DNA of 63,273 bases, counting the filler, from Octopus bimaculoides (taxonomy: Eukaryota), in assembly GCF_001194135.2 (NCBI RefSeq). It is 5 parts of 4 records of this genome, joined end to end, with 100 filler letters (N's around TTAATTAATTAA, not from the genome) between each part and the next. Parts side by side here need not be neighbours in the genome. Positions count along the whole stretch, not along the records: positions 23,400 to 41,171 come from NC_068982.1; positions 41,272 to 47,289 come from NC_068985.1; positions 47,390 to 61,752 come from NC_068982.1; 2 more parts are not named here. The stretch is one strand, 5' to 3'. A program made the translations under genes and the position numbers. Numbering within the stretch: the first letter of the stretch is position 1; every line of letters begins with the position of its first letter. This document shows, piece by piece, positions 40,335-52,574 of the stretch. Under the pieces are notes generated by a model. That model was given only the letters and a program-made list of their open reading frames with translations. It ran no database searches and was not told the DNA's origin.

Positions 40335-40880
40335 GGAAATCACGGCCTAAAAGAGCAAAGACGTGGTATGAACAAACTCTAGGAGTCATCGAAAATGAGA
40401 ATTGCAAAATCCTGTGGGATGCAATGATCCACTGCGGTCACCCGACCAAACATCGGAAACCGGATATAGTTGTGGTGAATAAAACACAAAGAACATGTAT
40501 GATAATCGACCTAGCATGCCCCGGTGACCACAAGATCAATATAAAAGAAGAAGAAAAAACAACTATGACGATTTGAAGTGGGAAATACGAAGATTGTGAT
40601 CAATGAAGTAAGTAACGTGATACTAATAGTAATTGGTGCACTTGGAAGTATCAGCACTCAACTACCAACATGGCTGAAAAAAAATTGGTGCAAATATGAA
40701 GGTAGAACACCTACAAAAATCAGCATTGCATGGAACTGCAAGAATTCTTCGCAGGGTTCTTGAAGCATGACCAGTAAACAAGTGTCACCTTAGTCTGATG
40801 ATTGTGGACAGCTGATACGTTCCATCATACCTATCAAAATAAGCTGTGAGTTTTCAAATAATAATAATAATAATAATAAT

Positions 40881-40913
<33 letters not shown>
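40335..40913 (+). mobile_element. 5'-truncated R4/Dong-like non-LTR retrotransposon (RLE domain, 3' UTR, (TAA)n)
   Basis: WYEQ...GVIENENCKILWD...RKPDIVVVNK...CMIIDLACPGD...IVIGALGSI...LQKSALHGTARILRRVLEA*, then (TAA)n at about 40857-40913. Confidence 0.88.
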
Positions 40914-40914
<1 letters not shown>

Positions 40915-41171
40915 GCAGCCCAAGATCAATGCCTACCTACAAAGAACTACCAGGCCAACATATTAAAGAACGGCAGCTCCCCATTATGTCGTATATGCCA
41001 ACAACAAAATGAGACCATCGATCATGTTGTCTCCATGTGCAGTCTGCTTGCGCCTACAGAGTATCTCAACAGGCATGATAGAGCTGCACAATATATTCAC
41101 TGGGTAATATGCAAAAACCTGGACTTGCCCCATGATAAAAACTGGTGGGAACACAAACCACCCCCAGTACT
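40914..41171 (+). mobile_element. Second R4/Dong-like fragment (CCHC knuckle), truncated by a gap
   Basis: AAQDQCLPT...CRICQQQNETIDHVVSMC...EYLNRHDRAAQYIHW...WWEHKP. Confidence 0.88.
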
Positions 41172-41271
41172 NNNNNNNNNNNNNNNNNNNNNNNNNNNNN
41201 NNNNNNNNNNNNNNNTTAATTAATTAANNNNNNNNNNNNNNNNNNNNNNNNNNNNNNNNNNNNNNNNNNNN

Positions 41272-41885
41272 TGGTACACAGTAGATTGAAAGTCTGTATA
41301 TAAGAGGTTGAGGCGTTGAGGCAGAGCTAAGTCACATGTCGTGAAGTTGAGGCTTCTATGCCGAGCCGGATACTTGATACAGATGGTTTCTCGCAGGTGT
41401 CGAATTCTGGCTGTTATTTCGTGGTAAAACAATTCACACAAACAGGGTTGAGAGAAGCTGCGGTTGCTGTTGGTAGCTTTTGTACGTAGAGACGTCGTGT
41501 TGACGTTGGCGACGAAGCTTGTAGTAAACAGTTGAACGATGGTGTTGATGTCGTCGCTGGAAACTGGCTGGTTGGTGTTACGTGGTCAACGACCAGACCT
41601 TAGAAGGCCTGAAGCCGCGACAAACTGGTGTGGATAAAGCAGGCTATTTATAGGTACAAAGAGACTCCAGAAACATTAAAAAAAACGCTCTCTCACGTGA
41701 CCTTATTAGATGGCCACGATTGGTCGGTATGCACCCTGGCGTGAAACAGAACTGGAGACAAATGCCGCGCAAATAAAAGTCAGTCAGGGTGATGGACACA
41801 GCAGGGTCCAAGGCGGGAAAGAAATAGATGTTACCCGCTACGTTCGCATTTGTAAATAAATAACCGAGAGAGGTGGTTTCACTAC

Positions 41886-41886
<1 letters not shown>
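41272..41886 (-). mobile_element. Probable LTR (solo or 5' LTR) of a second LTR-retrotransposon family
   Basis: The minus strand starts TGTAGTGAAACC (compare TGTAGTGACACC of the Gypsy LTR). TATA box TATAAATA at 41645-41652; abuts (TACA)n; the other end is lost in the gap. Confidence 0.6.
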
Positions 41887-41918
<32 letters not shown>

Positions 41919-42553
41919 TGTATGTATGTATGTATGTATGTATGTATATANNNNNNNNNNNNNNNNNNNNNNNNNNNNNNNNNNNNNNNNNNNNNNNNNN
42001 NNNNNNNNNNNNNNNNNNNNNNNNNNNNNNNNNNNNNNNNNNNNNNNNNNNNNNNNNNNNNNNNNNNNNNNNNNNNNNNNNNNNNNNNNNNNNNNNNNNN
42101 NNNNNNNNNNNNNNNNNNNNNNNNNNNNNNNNNNNNNNNNNNNNNNNNNNNNNNNNNNNNNNNNNNNNNNNNNNNNNNNNNNNNNNNNNNNNNNNNNNNN
42201 NNNNNNNNNNNNNNNNNNNNNNNNNNNNNNNNNNNNNNNNNNNNNNNNNNNNNNNNNNNNNNNNNNNNNNNNNNNNNNNNNNNNNNNNNNNNNNNNNNNN
42301 NNNNNNNNNNNNNNNNNNNNNNNNNNNNNNNNNNNNNNNNNNNNNNNNNNNNNNNNNNNNNNNNNNNNNNNNNNNNNNNNNNNNNNNNNNNNNNNNNNNN
42401 NNNNNNNNNNNNNNNNNNNNNNNNNNNNNNNNNNNNNNNNNNNNNNNNNNNNNNNNNNNNNNNNNNNNNNNNNNNNNNNNNNNNNNNNNNNNNNNNNNNN
42501 NNNNNNNNNNNNNNNNNNNNNNNNNNNNNNNNNNNNNNNNNNNNNNNNNNNNN

Positions 42554-44740
42554 TAGGTGCCCTACCAAGATTCAGTTTACTTATTGATGTCATTATCTCA
42601 TCTATTGAGGGTGTGGAATTTAAGGAGCCAATGATAGGTCTTTGTTGCATAGTATCAATCACTGTTTCATCCACAACTATCTTATGGTTTAGGAGTTCAG
42701 AAAAGTGTTCAATCCAGAGACCTGTGATTTCTGTTGATTTAGTAAATAGAGTAGAAGACTCTTTGGAAAGCAAAGAAGCTGATGCAGAGCTCTTAGGTCC
42801 ATAAACCTGCTTCATAAGATGGTAAAGCTTCTTGCTGTCATTTGCATCAGCAGCAGCCTGAACATCATGAGCAAGATCCTCCCACCAAGTGTTCTGCATC
42901 TTCCTGAGGGATCGCTGCAGTAGTAATTTTACACTGCTATAGTGGGCAAGTACTAGATTTCACTGCACAGCTGAAAGTCCTCTGTGCAGCAATACACTGT
43001 AGACATGGTGCCTTACAACCAATTGTCGCTGAACTTCAGTATCATTTTCATCAAACCAGTCTGTGTCTGGCAGTTGGATATCCCAGTGTTTCAGCAGCAC
43101 ATTGAAGAACCTGGTCTCGAAAATCTTCCTATACTGTAGCATTTTCAATGCAGGACAAGCGAATCTGAAACTCTTTTCTCAACACAACATCATATATCCT
43201 GTGGACATTCAGACGTCAAGGAATGCCAACTGGCCCTCCCCTCTCTTTCACTCTAATCATCATCCAGAACTTTGCTCGCACCAGACTGGTCCGTCCAGCA
43301 TTCTGATCCCTTAAAGTACTTGACATTACAAATGTCATAGATATCACGCTTATGGATGATAACATAATCCAGCAAGTGCCAAACTTCAGATCTTGGATGC
43401 ATCCACGTTGTTGTGTGATCATCTTTGTGCATAGAATGAGTGCTTGCGATGTAAAGTCCATGTTCATTGCAAAGCTCCAGCAGCGTGAGACCATTGCTAT
43501 TCATTTTCCTTACACCAAAACATCATAGAGAGTTCCATGTTTGCCAGTCTGTTCCAACCCTGGCATTGAAACCCCTCAGTAGAATGACTTTATCAGAATT
43601 GGGGATTTTCATAAGTATGGCTCTCAGCTGGGTATAAAAAAATATTTTTATCATCATCACAACTAGTCAAAGTAGGTACATAGGCACTTATTAGAGTAAC
43701 AAACCACCCACCTTTCAGGTGCGACCTTAGAGTTATTAGACGTTCCTTTATAGGAACAGGAAGCTCCTCCAACTTCTTAAGGATATCAGATCGAACTGCA
43801 AAGCCAACACCTGCTTCTCTGCACTCCTCCTTCTGCCTCCCCTTCCAAAAGGAGGTGTATCCACTTCCTTCTTCCTCAAGCTGACCATCACTTTCTAAAC
43901 GAGTCTCTGAAAGTGTAGCTATATCAATGTAATAGCGAGTAACAAGTGCAGTGCATCTTTCAGGCCTACAATCACTCTTGTTATCCAACAAAGTGCGTAC
44001 ATTCCAACATGAAATGTTTAAGTTCCCTCTGAATTTTGTAAAAAAATGTTTCTTTGTTTTTCGAGTGCAGGGTGGGCATCTGTCAGTCACACTAAACTGA
44101 CCAGATATAGAAAGACAGGCAATTTTTGGGTCACCTTTTCTAGAACCTTCTCGGCCTCCGGGTGAGCAGTGCCCTCTCCAAATGGGGTTGTTCAGACATT
44201 CATGCAGCAACGGAATCCTATCGCTGTCTTGGGCAACAAGGAGATGACTTTATATCTAGCATAGGCCGCCTGCATGCAGGTTGCTGACTACATGCCTCCA
44301 ACCCATCAAGTCTCCATGCTTTGCCACCTTCCCATCGCCACAGGATTTCCAAATAAAAATAAAATAAATATATACTAAAATTAAAGATACATATATACAA
44401 AAAATAAAATAAATGTATATAGGGAAAAAAGCAACACATATCAAGCAGAGGTCAGCAATGCCTGTGCAGTGTTTTAGGTCCAATAAAGCTTGCACGACAC
44501 CTCATAGACCTTCTCCACTCTACTGACATTATCCAGAGACAAACCAGAGCAAGATGTCTGGTGCCAATATGAGTCGCAGGCTCAGGGATGTGGGAGCACC
44601 ATCATCTCTAGCACAAACCAAAGGTTCCCAAAATATCCAATACCATTCCCTGCATATCTGGTTTTATATCAGAATGACTTTCTCCTAGAGACATGCTTCA
44701 ACAGAAGCTGAGGGGTGCCTCACTCCCAGTGGTGTTCTAG
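42554..44740 (-). mobile_element. 5' part of an RTE-clade LINE (5' UTR, APE endonuclease, linker)
   Basis: ISCWNVRTLLD...IATLSETRL...EAGVGFAV...LISAYVPT; NSNGLTLLELC...TWMHPRSEVWHLLDYVI; WWEDLAHDVQAAAD...WIEHFSELLN. Frameshifted; the 5' boundary is approximate. Confidence 0.92.
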
Positions 44741-44781
44741 CATGTCAGACACTATCCTGGAATTTCTGCGTACTTGAATAC

Positions 44782-44946
44782 AGGCGCAGGCGTAGCTGTG
44801 TGGTAAGAAGCTTACTTCCCGACCACATGGTTCCAGGTTCAGTTCCATTGCATAACACCTTGTGCATGTGTCTTCAATTATAGCTTCGGGCGGACTAGGG
44901 CCTTGTGAATGAATTTGGCAGGCAGAAACTGAAAGAAGCCCATCAT
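44782..44946 (+). mobile_element. 5' half of SINE family B (runs into a gap/microsatellite)
   Basis: caggcgtagctgtgtggtaagaagcttacttccc...ggttcagttccattgc...gaaactgaaagaagcccatc. Confidence 0.85.
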
Positions 44947-45010
44947 NNNNNNNNNNNNNNNNNNNNNNNNNNNNNNNNNNNTATATATATATATATATTA
45001 TAGATGTATG

Positions 45011-45431
45011 TGTAAGGAAGTGGTTATACACCATTAGGTGTACACCGCTTCCGTACATTAAATTTCTAGAAGAAACAACGGAACGTAGATTCTGAACAAC
45101 ATAACAATATTTATTTACAGTGGAATTCAGTTCACGCTTGGAGGGAATTCGGTAGCTCGTCGCTTCGGTTACTGAGACGCCTTCTGTATGATTTCCATGG
45201 TTATTTGTGAAGCTCTGGTGCTGACATGTGAGAGAGCTCTGTTGGACGTCTTGGCTCGACGGAGATCAGTCAACGAAGAGCCTGAGGAAAGGCGCCAAAG
45301 CTGGGTGTCGAACTCTACGCATGCGCATGAGAGTCTTCCTGTATTCCTTCCGGAACTAGTCCCTGCGCATGCGTGGATAAAACTCCGGACATTGAACATA
45401 TAACAGTCGTCTGTTATAAGGTGTCACTACA
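45011..45431 (-). repeat. 3' LTR (421 bp) of the Gypsy element
   Basis: TG...CA termini; preceded on the minus strand by PPT GGGGGAG(cca); AATAAA near its 3' end. Confidence 0.88.
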
Positions 45432-47289
45432 TGGCTCCCCCGCGAGTGCCGAAAGCACGAAAATAGAAATTTGGAGGGACGCCTGAGGCAAGATGGCTAC
45501 CGAAAACACCCACAAGATGTGGCACAAATATATACAATTGTGAGATACATGCATGCATGTACAAAAGAATTGACATTGACAAACAACCGTGATGACAACT
45601 GTCCAGGAAACTGGAATCACGCGATGTAAAGTCTGATTTTTTTTTTCCTGAAAAGAAAAAAAATGTTCAATAGGAAAAGCACTGAATTTGTCCAATGAAA
45701 CACAATAAGTCAAATGTAAATAGTCTTTGCCAATTTCTTGGGCCAACGCACTGTCCTGCCAAACCTAGTGACATAAAGTTCACTTGAGTTCCTTTTCAAC
45801 GACGAAGGTGGTGTAATTGCTGGTGTGTGTGATTGTGATGGTGCTGATGTTGGTGTATGCATTGGTAAAGGCGTTGACGATATGTGTGGCGGTAGAAGTG
45901 TGTGCGGCATTTGAAAAACGGGCACGTCGTCCACGGGAGTTGAGGGTTTGTCAAGGTACGCATTTTTCAGACGGTCGACAGACACAATTTCTGTACGACC
46001 ATTAGCGTCGACCTTGAAAAACTTTGGAGTGCGAGAAAGCACACGATAGGGTCCTTTGTAGGGAGAAACAAGGGGTCCTTTGACAGAATCATCCCTAATG
46101 AATACATGAGACCAAGACTCAATGTCTGCTGGCACTTTAGAGGGAGGTGACTGTTGTCTGGGGGCCATAGATGGAAGATTGGAGAAATACTCTCGCAACC
46201 GAGTAACATAGGACTCTGGGTGTGGTGGTTGTGATGAGTCTGGTACCACCATCGTACCAGGCAACGTCAACGTGGTGCCGTAAAGAAGTTCCGCCGAGGA
46301 GTAACCCAGGTCAGCTTTCACCGCAGTCCGGCATCCAAGACTGCGGGTTGGGCAAGGCGCGCAAGGCGGCCTTAAGTTGTCTATGAAACCGCTCAACCAT
46401 CCCATTAGAAGCGGGATGGTAGCTGGTGGTGCGTATCCGATGCACCCCCAAGATTCGTGATAGGTCACGAAAGAGCGCGGCCTCAAATTGCCGGCCACGA
46501 TCTGTGGTCAAACTGACTCCGAACCTAGAAACCCACCCAGAAACGAAAGCCTGGTCAACAGTCTCAGAAGTAATATCTGCTATAGGAATGGCTTCTGGCC
46601 AACGTGAGAAACGGTCAACACAAGTTAACAGGTATGAGAACCCGCGACACACTGATAAAGGTCCAGCCAAATCAAGATGGACGTGACGGAAACGGGCTTC
46701 AGGAGAAGGAAATTGTCCAAGAGGGGCACTCTGGCACTTCATACAAGAGCGTGCCCAAGTGGTAATTGATCGCCGCATATTGAGCCAGAAAAACCGAGCA
46801 GTGATAAGCTTTACTGTTGCTGAGATGCCCGGATGTGACAAAGAATGAAGGGCATCAAACACAGAACGTTGATGGTTCGTAGGTACTAAAGGCCTAGGAG
46901 AACCTGTGGATGTGTCACATAATATAGAGCCTTCGGATGAAGGGAGCGGAAGATAGGCAAATTTACAATTGCTGAATTTTGACGAAGTCAAATCTAAACT
47001 TGACAAAGAAGGTTGCTCCTGCGAAATTGCCAGCAAATCAATTTCCGCGGGAGTGGAAAGAAAATGCACAAGGAGTCGCAAAAGAGCATCAGCTGGGATG
47101 TTCTCTTTCCCTGGCACATAACGAATGTCACCTGTAAATTGTGAGATAAAATCCAGGTAACGAAAAGCACGAGGAGAGAGCTTGTCCGTTTTAGAGGACA
47201 GAGCAAAAGTGAGGGGCTTGTGATCAGTATAAATCACAAACTCTCGTCCCTCGAGCTGGTGTTGAAAATGCCGAATCGACAGATAGATC
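45011..47289 (-). mobile_element. Ty3/Gypsy LTR retrotransposon 3' part (RNase H end, integrase, PPT, 3' LTR), defective
   Basis: YTDHKPL...GKENIPADAL; HHCC (H..H..CMKC); HLDLAGP...DRFSRWPEA...TDRGRQF...SNGMVERFHR; GPY/F module PYKGPYRVL. Small deletions cause a frameshift near 46330. Confidence 0.95.
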
Positions 47290-47389
47290 NNNNNNNNNNN
47301 NNNNNNNNNNNNNNNNNNNNNNNNNNNNNNNNNTTAATTAATTAANNNNNNNNNNNNNNNNNNNNNNNNNNNNNNNNNNNNNNNNNNNN

Positions 47390-48341
47390 AGATGGAGTTA
47401 AACGCAGGTGTTATTCAAATTCTTTTACTTCCGACATATGTTTCGAAGACAACATTGGTATTATTCCAAAGGAATAAATGGTGTAAAATAATGTGATCTT
47501 CTCATCAGGGAAAGAAAGAGAATCAAACTCAACAATAAGACATTTTAACAAATGTGATGACTGTGTAAATGATGAACAGAACACTATTAAGTATTTTTAA
47601 AAACCGTTAGTAGATATGACGTCAAAAGTAGCGCATATGAAGAGAAGGGCTAAAGAAATCAATAAAGAGAGAACTAATAAAGGAGAAATATAGAGTGATA
47701 TGTGAGTTAAATAAATGTTCAAAGACTTGGAAATAGATATCTCTATTGGAAGTAGAGTGAAAGAAGAACTAAATGCTCAAACTATATAGAATGATAGAAA
47801 TCACCGATATGAGCTTAAGGTATGTTTTTGCCATCGGTAAGAATGCTCTATAATCATGTTTACAAGTGGATTCTTAGAAAAGAGAATGTGGAACAGTTCA
47901 AAATTACAAACGTTACAGAATTTTTTACCGTTGTCGTAAGGGAAAGAAATTGACATGATGAACCAATCTAAATAAAATTTTTCACTATTATCTTTAAGAT
48001 ACCGAATCAATTTACTAAGTCCTGTGCTATTGCGTTTACTACTATCCCTAAATGTAGAATAATGATTGGAAATTCTTTTAGATAACTGAGAAAAAGAAGC
48101 ACCAATATAAAAATAGACTTCGGTACCGGAAGTAATTTTACACTGATATATAAAATTCGTAATCTTAGAATTATTGGACATAAATCTAATTCTGTTCGGG
48201 TTGACTTCAGAGACCAAAACTTTGTTGTTATTATTATTAGGGGAAAGGTTGGTATTAACTAAATTAATGTTGGAACTCTCAGTAAATGAATTTGTATTTA
48301 ACAGGTTGATATCATGAGAAGATATAATTTGCGAAAGATAC
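47390..48341 (-). mobile_element. Penelope-like element (Naiad-type) GIY-YIG fragment plus 3' UTR
   Basis: QIISSH...FIYQCKIT...FYIGAS...[27 protein letters not shown]...[12 protein letters not shown], stop at 47801. The upstream part of the listed ORF is microsatellite. Confidence 0.88.
47428..47514 (-). ncRNA. Type-I hammerhead ribozyme motif with extended stem II (PLE-associated)
   Basis: Minus strand: ctttcc-CUGAUGA-gaaga...tcttc-GAAA-C-AUAU-G-UC^-ggaag. Intact core; GUC cleavage between 47433 and 47432. Confidence 0.85.
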
Positions 48342-48490
48342 ATACATATATATATACATTTACACATATATATATGTATATATATATGTATATATATATA
48401 TGTACATATATGTATATATATGTATATATGTATATATATATATATGTATATATGTATAGATATATGTATATATATATATATATACATAGA

Positions 48491-48558
<68 letters not shown>

Positions 48559-48800
48559 GATGTATATATATGTATATATATATGTAGATGTATATATATG
48601 TATATATATATATGTAGATGTATATATATGTATATATATATGTATATATATGTATATATATATGTAGATGTATATATATATGTATATATATATATGTATA
48701 TGTATGTATATATATATATGTATGTGTATATGTATATGTATGTATATGTATATATATGTATATATATATGTATATATGTGTATATATATGAGTATATATG
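48342..48800. repeat. Long degenerate (TA)/(TATG)n microsatellite
   Basis: Directly visible; source of several spurious YI-rich ORFs. Confidence 0.95.
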
Positions 48801-50244
48801 TCGGTATTCATCTACTTTAACAGCCAGTATTTTTACGAAATTCAAACCTAGCGAACATAACTTAGCTAGAGGGACGGACAAGCTGAGACGTATGGAGACA
48901 CACTGCTAATTATATTAGTAGATTACTTGAGAGGGAATTTAGCTAAGATGTGGGTTTCACGAAAACAGATCTTGAACATAACAATCGTTTAATGATTGAA
49001 ATGACAGCTACTTCGTGTCATACTGGAAGAATTGTAATTTAACAATGAGGCCAACATTGCTGGAACGCTTGTAGAAAATAATTTCACTTACAACGATGTT
49101 CATTTCATTTCATTAGTGTTTTTTTTTTTCATTGGATTCTTTCTGTTTGTAAAACTGTTTCGCTATGCCATTTTCAGCCAACCAAATCTACACTTGCATA
49201 AACTCACAGACAGAAACGCTAGTCAATAATAATCTGACTCTTATATTACGTAGAGTACTTTTTTCGTACGTCATACTTAGAGCTTACCCGAAAAAAAATA
49301 AGTGAAACAATATTTATTATTAGCTTCCATTATACTGTTAAAATGATTCTCTTTCTGAAGATCTGCAGCTGTAGGTGACAATATGCATAGTGGAACAGTT
49401 TAAATGATATAACATCAGTGTGTTTTCTTCTTTCCCTTGCTGAGTACGATTTATGAATTTACGGTCAATTAATGCTGAATACATCAGTTGTTTTGAGATC
49501 ACTGACATTAAAACAACGTCAAGCTAGGCTAGTGCTAAGAAGTCGGTTTTCGAGAACCTAGTTGGAAACTAGACAAGTAGGAGGTGATTTATTTAGAATA
49601 AAATAATTAAGGTTTCGTTAACAAAAAAAAAAAAGACAAAGAAAGAAAGAAAAGAAAAATAAGGTTGAGAGACGTACTTAGAGAAACTCCAATTGATTAA
49701 AACAACTCTATCGACTTCGAATAGATAAAAATAAATCCGGTTTATTTTATCACTTTTTCTCTAGATCTTATATAAACATTCCAATTAGATATTATATATT
49801 TGGGAGGTGGCCTAATAACAGTTTATGGCAAAACAGAAATGGTGAGAGGGAATCTTTAACATTAATATGATATTTGAGTCGTTAATAAAGTTGCCTTTAC
49901 GAAATTATTTCAGCTCATGCGTAAAAAGTTTTCCACGGAACAAATCTGTGCTGTTGCATCAAAGTGTCTTTATCTTTGTTTCATAATTAGGAAATATTAA
50001 GCTGTCTAGTTAGTTACATGTTTTGATAAATCCATAGAAAAACAAATGGTGGTGGATGTAAAGTATCATTCGTATGCTTCATGGTACTTTCAAGACTAGT
50101 TGGTTTTCTGAAAAGAAACAAAATGATCAAAATTTGAAATACTACCTGAGATATTTGAGTCAGATTCAAATGCTAGTTTTAGTAATATAGGCACACCGTA
50201 AACCTTTTATTGAAGTTGTTACTACGTGCAGTCTAACCCCTGTA

Positions 50245-50452
50245 TTCTTTTATTTGTTTCAGTCATTTGACTGCGACCATGCTGGAGCACCGTCTTTAGT
50301 CGAACAAATTGACCCCAGCACTTATTCTTTGTGAGCCTAGTACTTATTCCATCGGTCTGTTATGCCGAACCGTTAAGTTATGGGGGCGTAAACACACCAG
50401 CGTTGGTTGTCAAGCGATGGTGGGGACAAACAGACGTACAAACATATATGAT

Positions 50453-50509
<57 letters not shown>

Positions 50510-50670
50510 CATATATATAATGGGCTTCTTTCAGTTTCCGTCTACCAAATCCACTCACAAGGCTTTGGTCAGCCCGAGGCAATAGCAGAAGATACTTACC
50601 CAAGGTGCCATGCAGTGGGACTGAATCGAGAACCATGTGGTTGGTAAGCAAGCTACTTACCACTCAGCCA
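50245..50670 (-). mobile_element. Full SINE family B with internal (TG/TA)n microsatellite
   Basis: Both halves present around the (CA)n tract at 50455-50517. Confidence 0.9.
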
Positions 50671-51042
50671 ATGAAAATGCAATAAATAATTAGAATGAAA
50701 ACAGCGAAAATGATGTAGTTACAAAATGTACTCATATTTCTGGATATAAAATGCATAAAAAATCCACTATTATTGAAAGTTAAGAAAATGCGTTTAATCA
50801 TTGACTGTCCAGCCAGCATATATCGTTTAATGAATATACAGTACTTATTTACGATGACGACTACACATTCATTCAATAGATTGTTTCAGCCGATTCTATC
50901 AAAATCATAGTCCGGCATCTTCTAAAAAAACGGTCACAATTGCAATGTCTTTGGCTTGAGTTTTGCACGATCAGAGATGACTAAAGATTAAATGAGAACA
51001 TTAACACCATATCGTGTGTGTGTGTGTGTGTGTGTATCTATT

Positions 51043-51535
51043 ATCGTTAGCATGCCGGGCGAAATGCTTAATGGCATATCGTCTATCTTTACGTCCTGAG
51101 TTCAAATTCTGCCGAGGTCGGCTTTGCTTTTATCTTTTCGGGGTCTGTAAATTAAGTACCAGTGAAACACTGGAGTCGATGTAATCGACTAGTTCCTTCC
51201 CACAGAATTTCAGGCCTTGTGCCTTTTGTGGAAAGGACTATGACCGCAGTCAAATTACTGAAACAAGTATATATAAAAACAAACAGTAAAAAGGATTATT
51301 ATTATTAAGATGGCGTCGGACAAAATGCTTCGCAGCATTCCTTCCGATTTGTTACGTTTTGAGTTCAAATACTGTCGAGGTCGACTTTTTCTTTCATCCT
51401 TTTGTGGTCGACTTGTTCTTTCATCTTTTTGGGGTCGTTAAAATAAGTGCCAGTAGAGCACAGGGGGGCGATGTAATTGCGTTGCTCCTGTCTTCAAAAT
51501 TTCAGGATTTGTGCCAAAAGTAGAAAGAATTATTT
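51043..51535 (+). mobile_element. Two SINE family A copies (51043-51240 and 51308-51535) with a SINE-B 3' remnant between them
   Basis: B boxes gagttcaaattc and gagttcaaatac; tgaccgcagtcaaattactgaaac at 51241-51268. Confidence 0.85.
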
Positions 51536-52029
51536 TGAATATGTTTTGAAATCAAATCACGTCAGAATTTATAAAGCCAATATCAGGTATCAATTTAATA
51601 TATTAAGTCTACTCTCGAAGAAAATAAAAGGTGGATATATTGCAGAAACACTAATAACTTACAGTATATTCTGTGCTATTTCAGTTTATGCTGATCTGGG
51701 TTACAGTTTATTTTGGGGGTTTGGGGCTAGATATCCATCTAATGTGAAAGATTTCGCATTAGTTGTCTGATGAGAAGCACAATGAAACGCTTGCTTCGCA
51801 GTCTTGAACTTCGTTTCCATTGGTATCCTTGATATTTCAACCTTAAAAAAATAATAATAATAATGACTTAATCAGAATATATAGGGTAGCGCCCATTACC
51901 CTTGTTTTTCAGCGTCTCAAGATTGGCGTGAAGGAGGGAGACATTTATCCCCAAACCGGCACAGGATGAGAAAATTGGGTGTGGCTGTTTGGACGCTGAT
52001 GATTTGGCACGGCTGACTTGTTTTGGCAG

Positions 52030-52115
<86 letters not shown>

Positions 52116-52526
52116 TTAATGCATTTGATGTCAAATAAATTAGCGTCATATTAGTGATGCCAGATAGATGGTGCCAACGCAGGTGTACCGTAGTGTCTCG
52201 CCCAACCAGGGACTTTTATGTGAATGCTTGTAACAGAGTAGACTCCGCTAAAAGCATCCAAGGGACAGTTGGTTCTGTTAATCGGGCGACGGTCTAAGTC
52301 TTCTATCGAAGAACAGGAACAACCCTGAGTTGGACTCCCTTCGGTTTCCGATTAACAAAGTTGGATCTAGTCTTTTTCATTAGCAAAATGAGCCCCCTTT
52401 AATTTTGCTCAGAATGCTTTCAATTTTGGTGTATCATTGCAACTCTGAATTTTGATTACGATCAATCAGTTACTTTAAAGAATCTGATGTTATTTGGAAT
52501 TAAAGTTGGGAAATTTCGGTAATTTT

Positions 52527-52574
52527 AGCCAATCAACAGACAGCGTGGCATTAGCAGCTGGTTACCATGACAAC
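52527..52574 (+). promoter_or_regulatory. CCAAT box plus RFX X-box motif pair (candidate promoter)
   Basis: AGCCAATC at 52527-52534; GTTACCATGACAAC at 52561-52574 fits GTHNYYAT-RRNAAC. Motif match only. Confidence 0.4.

Noticed and set aside
51767-51815. CTGATGA followed by a gaagca/tgcttc stem
   Set aside because: GCAG instead of GAAA follows the stem, and there is no stem I or III.
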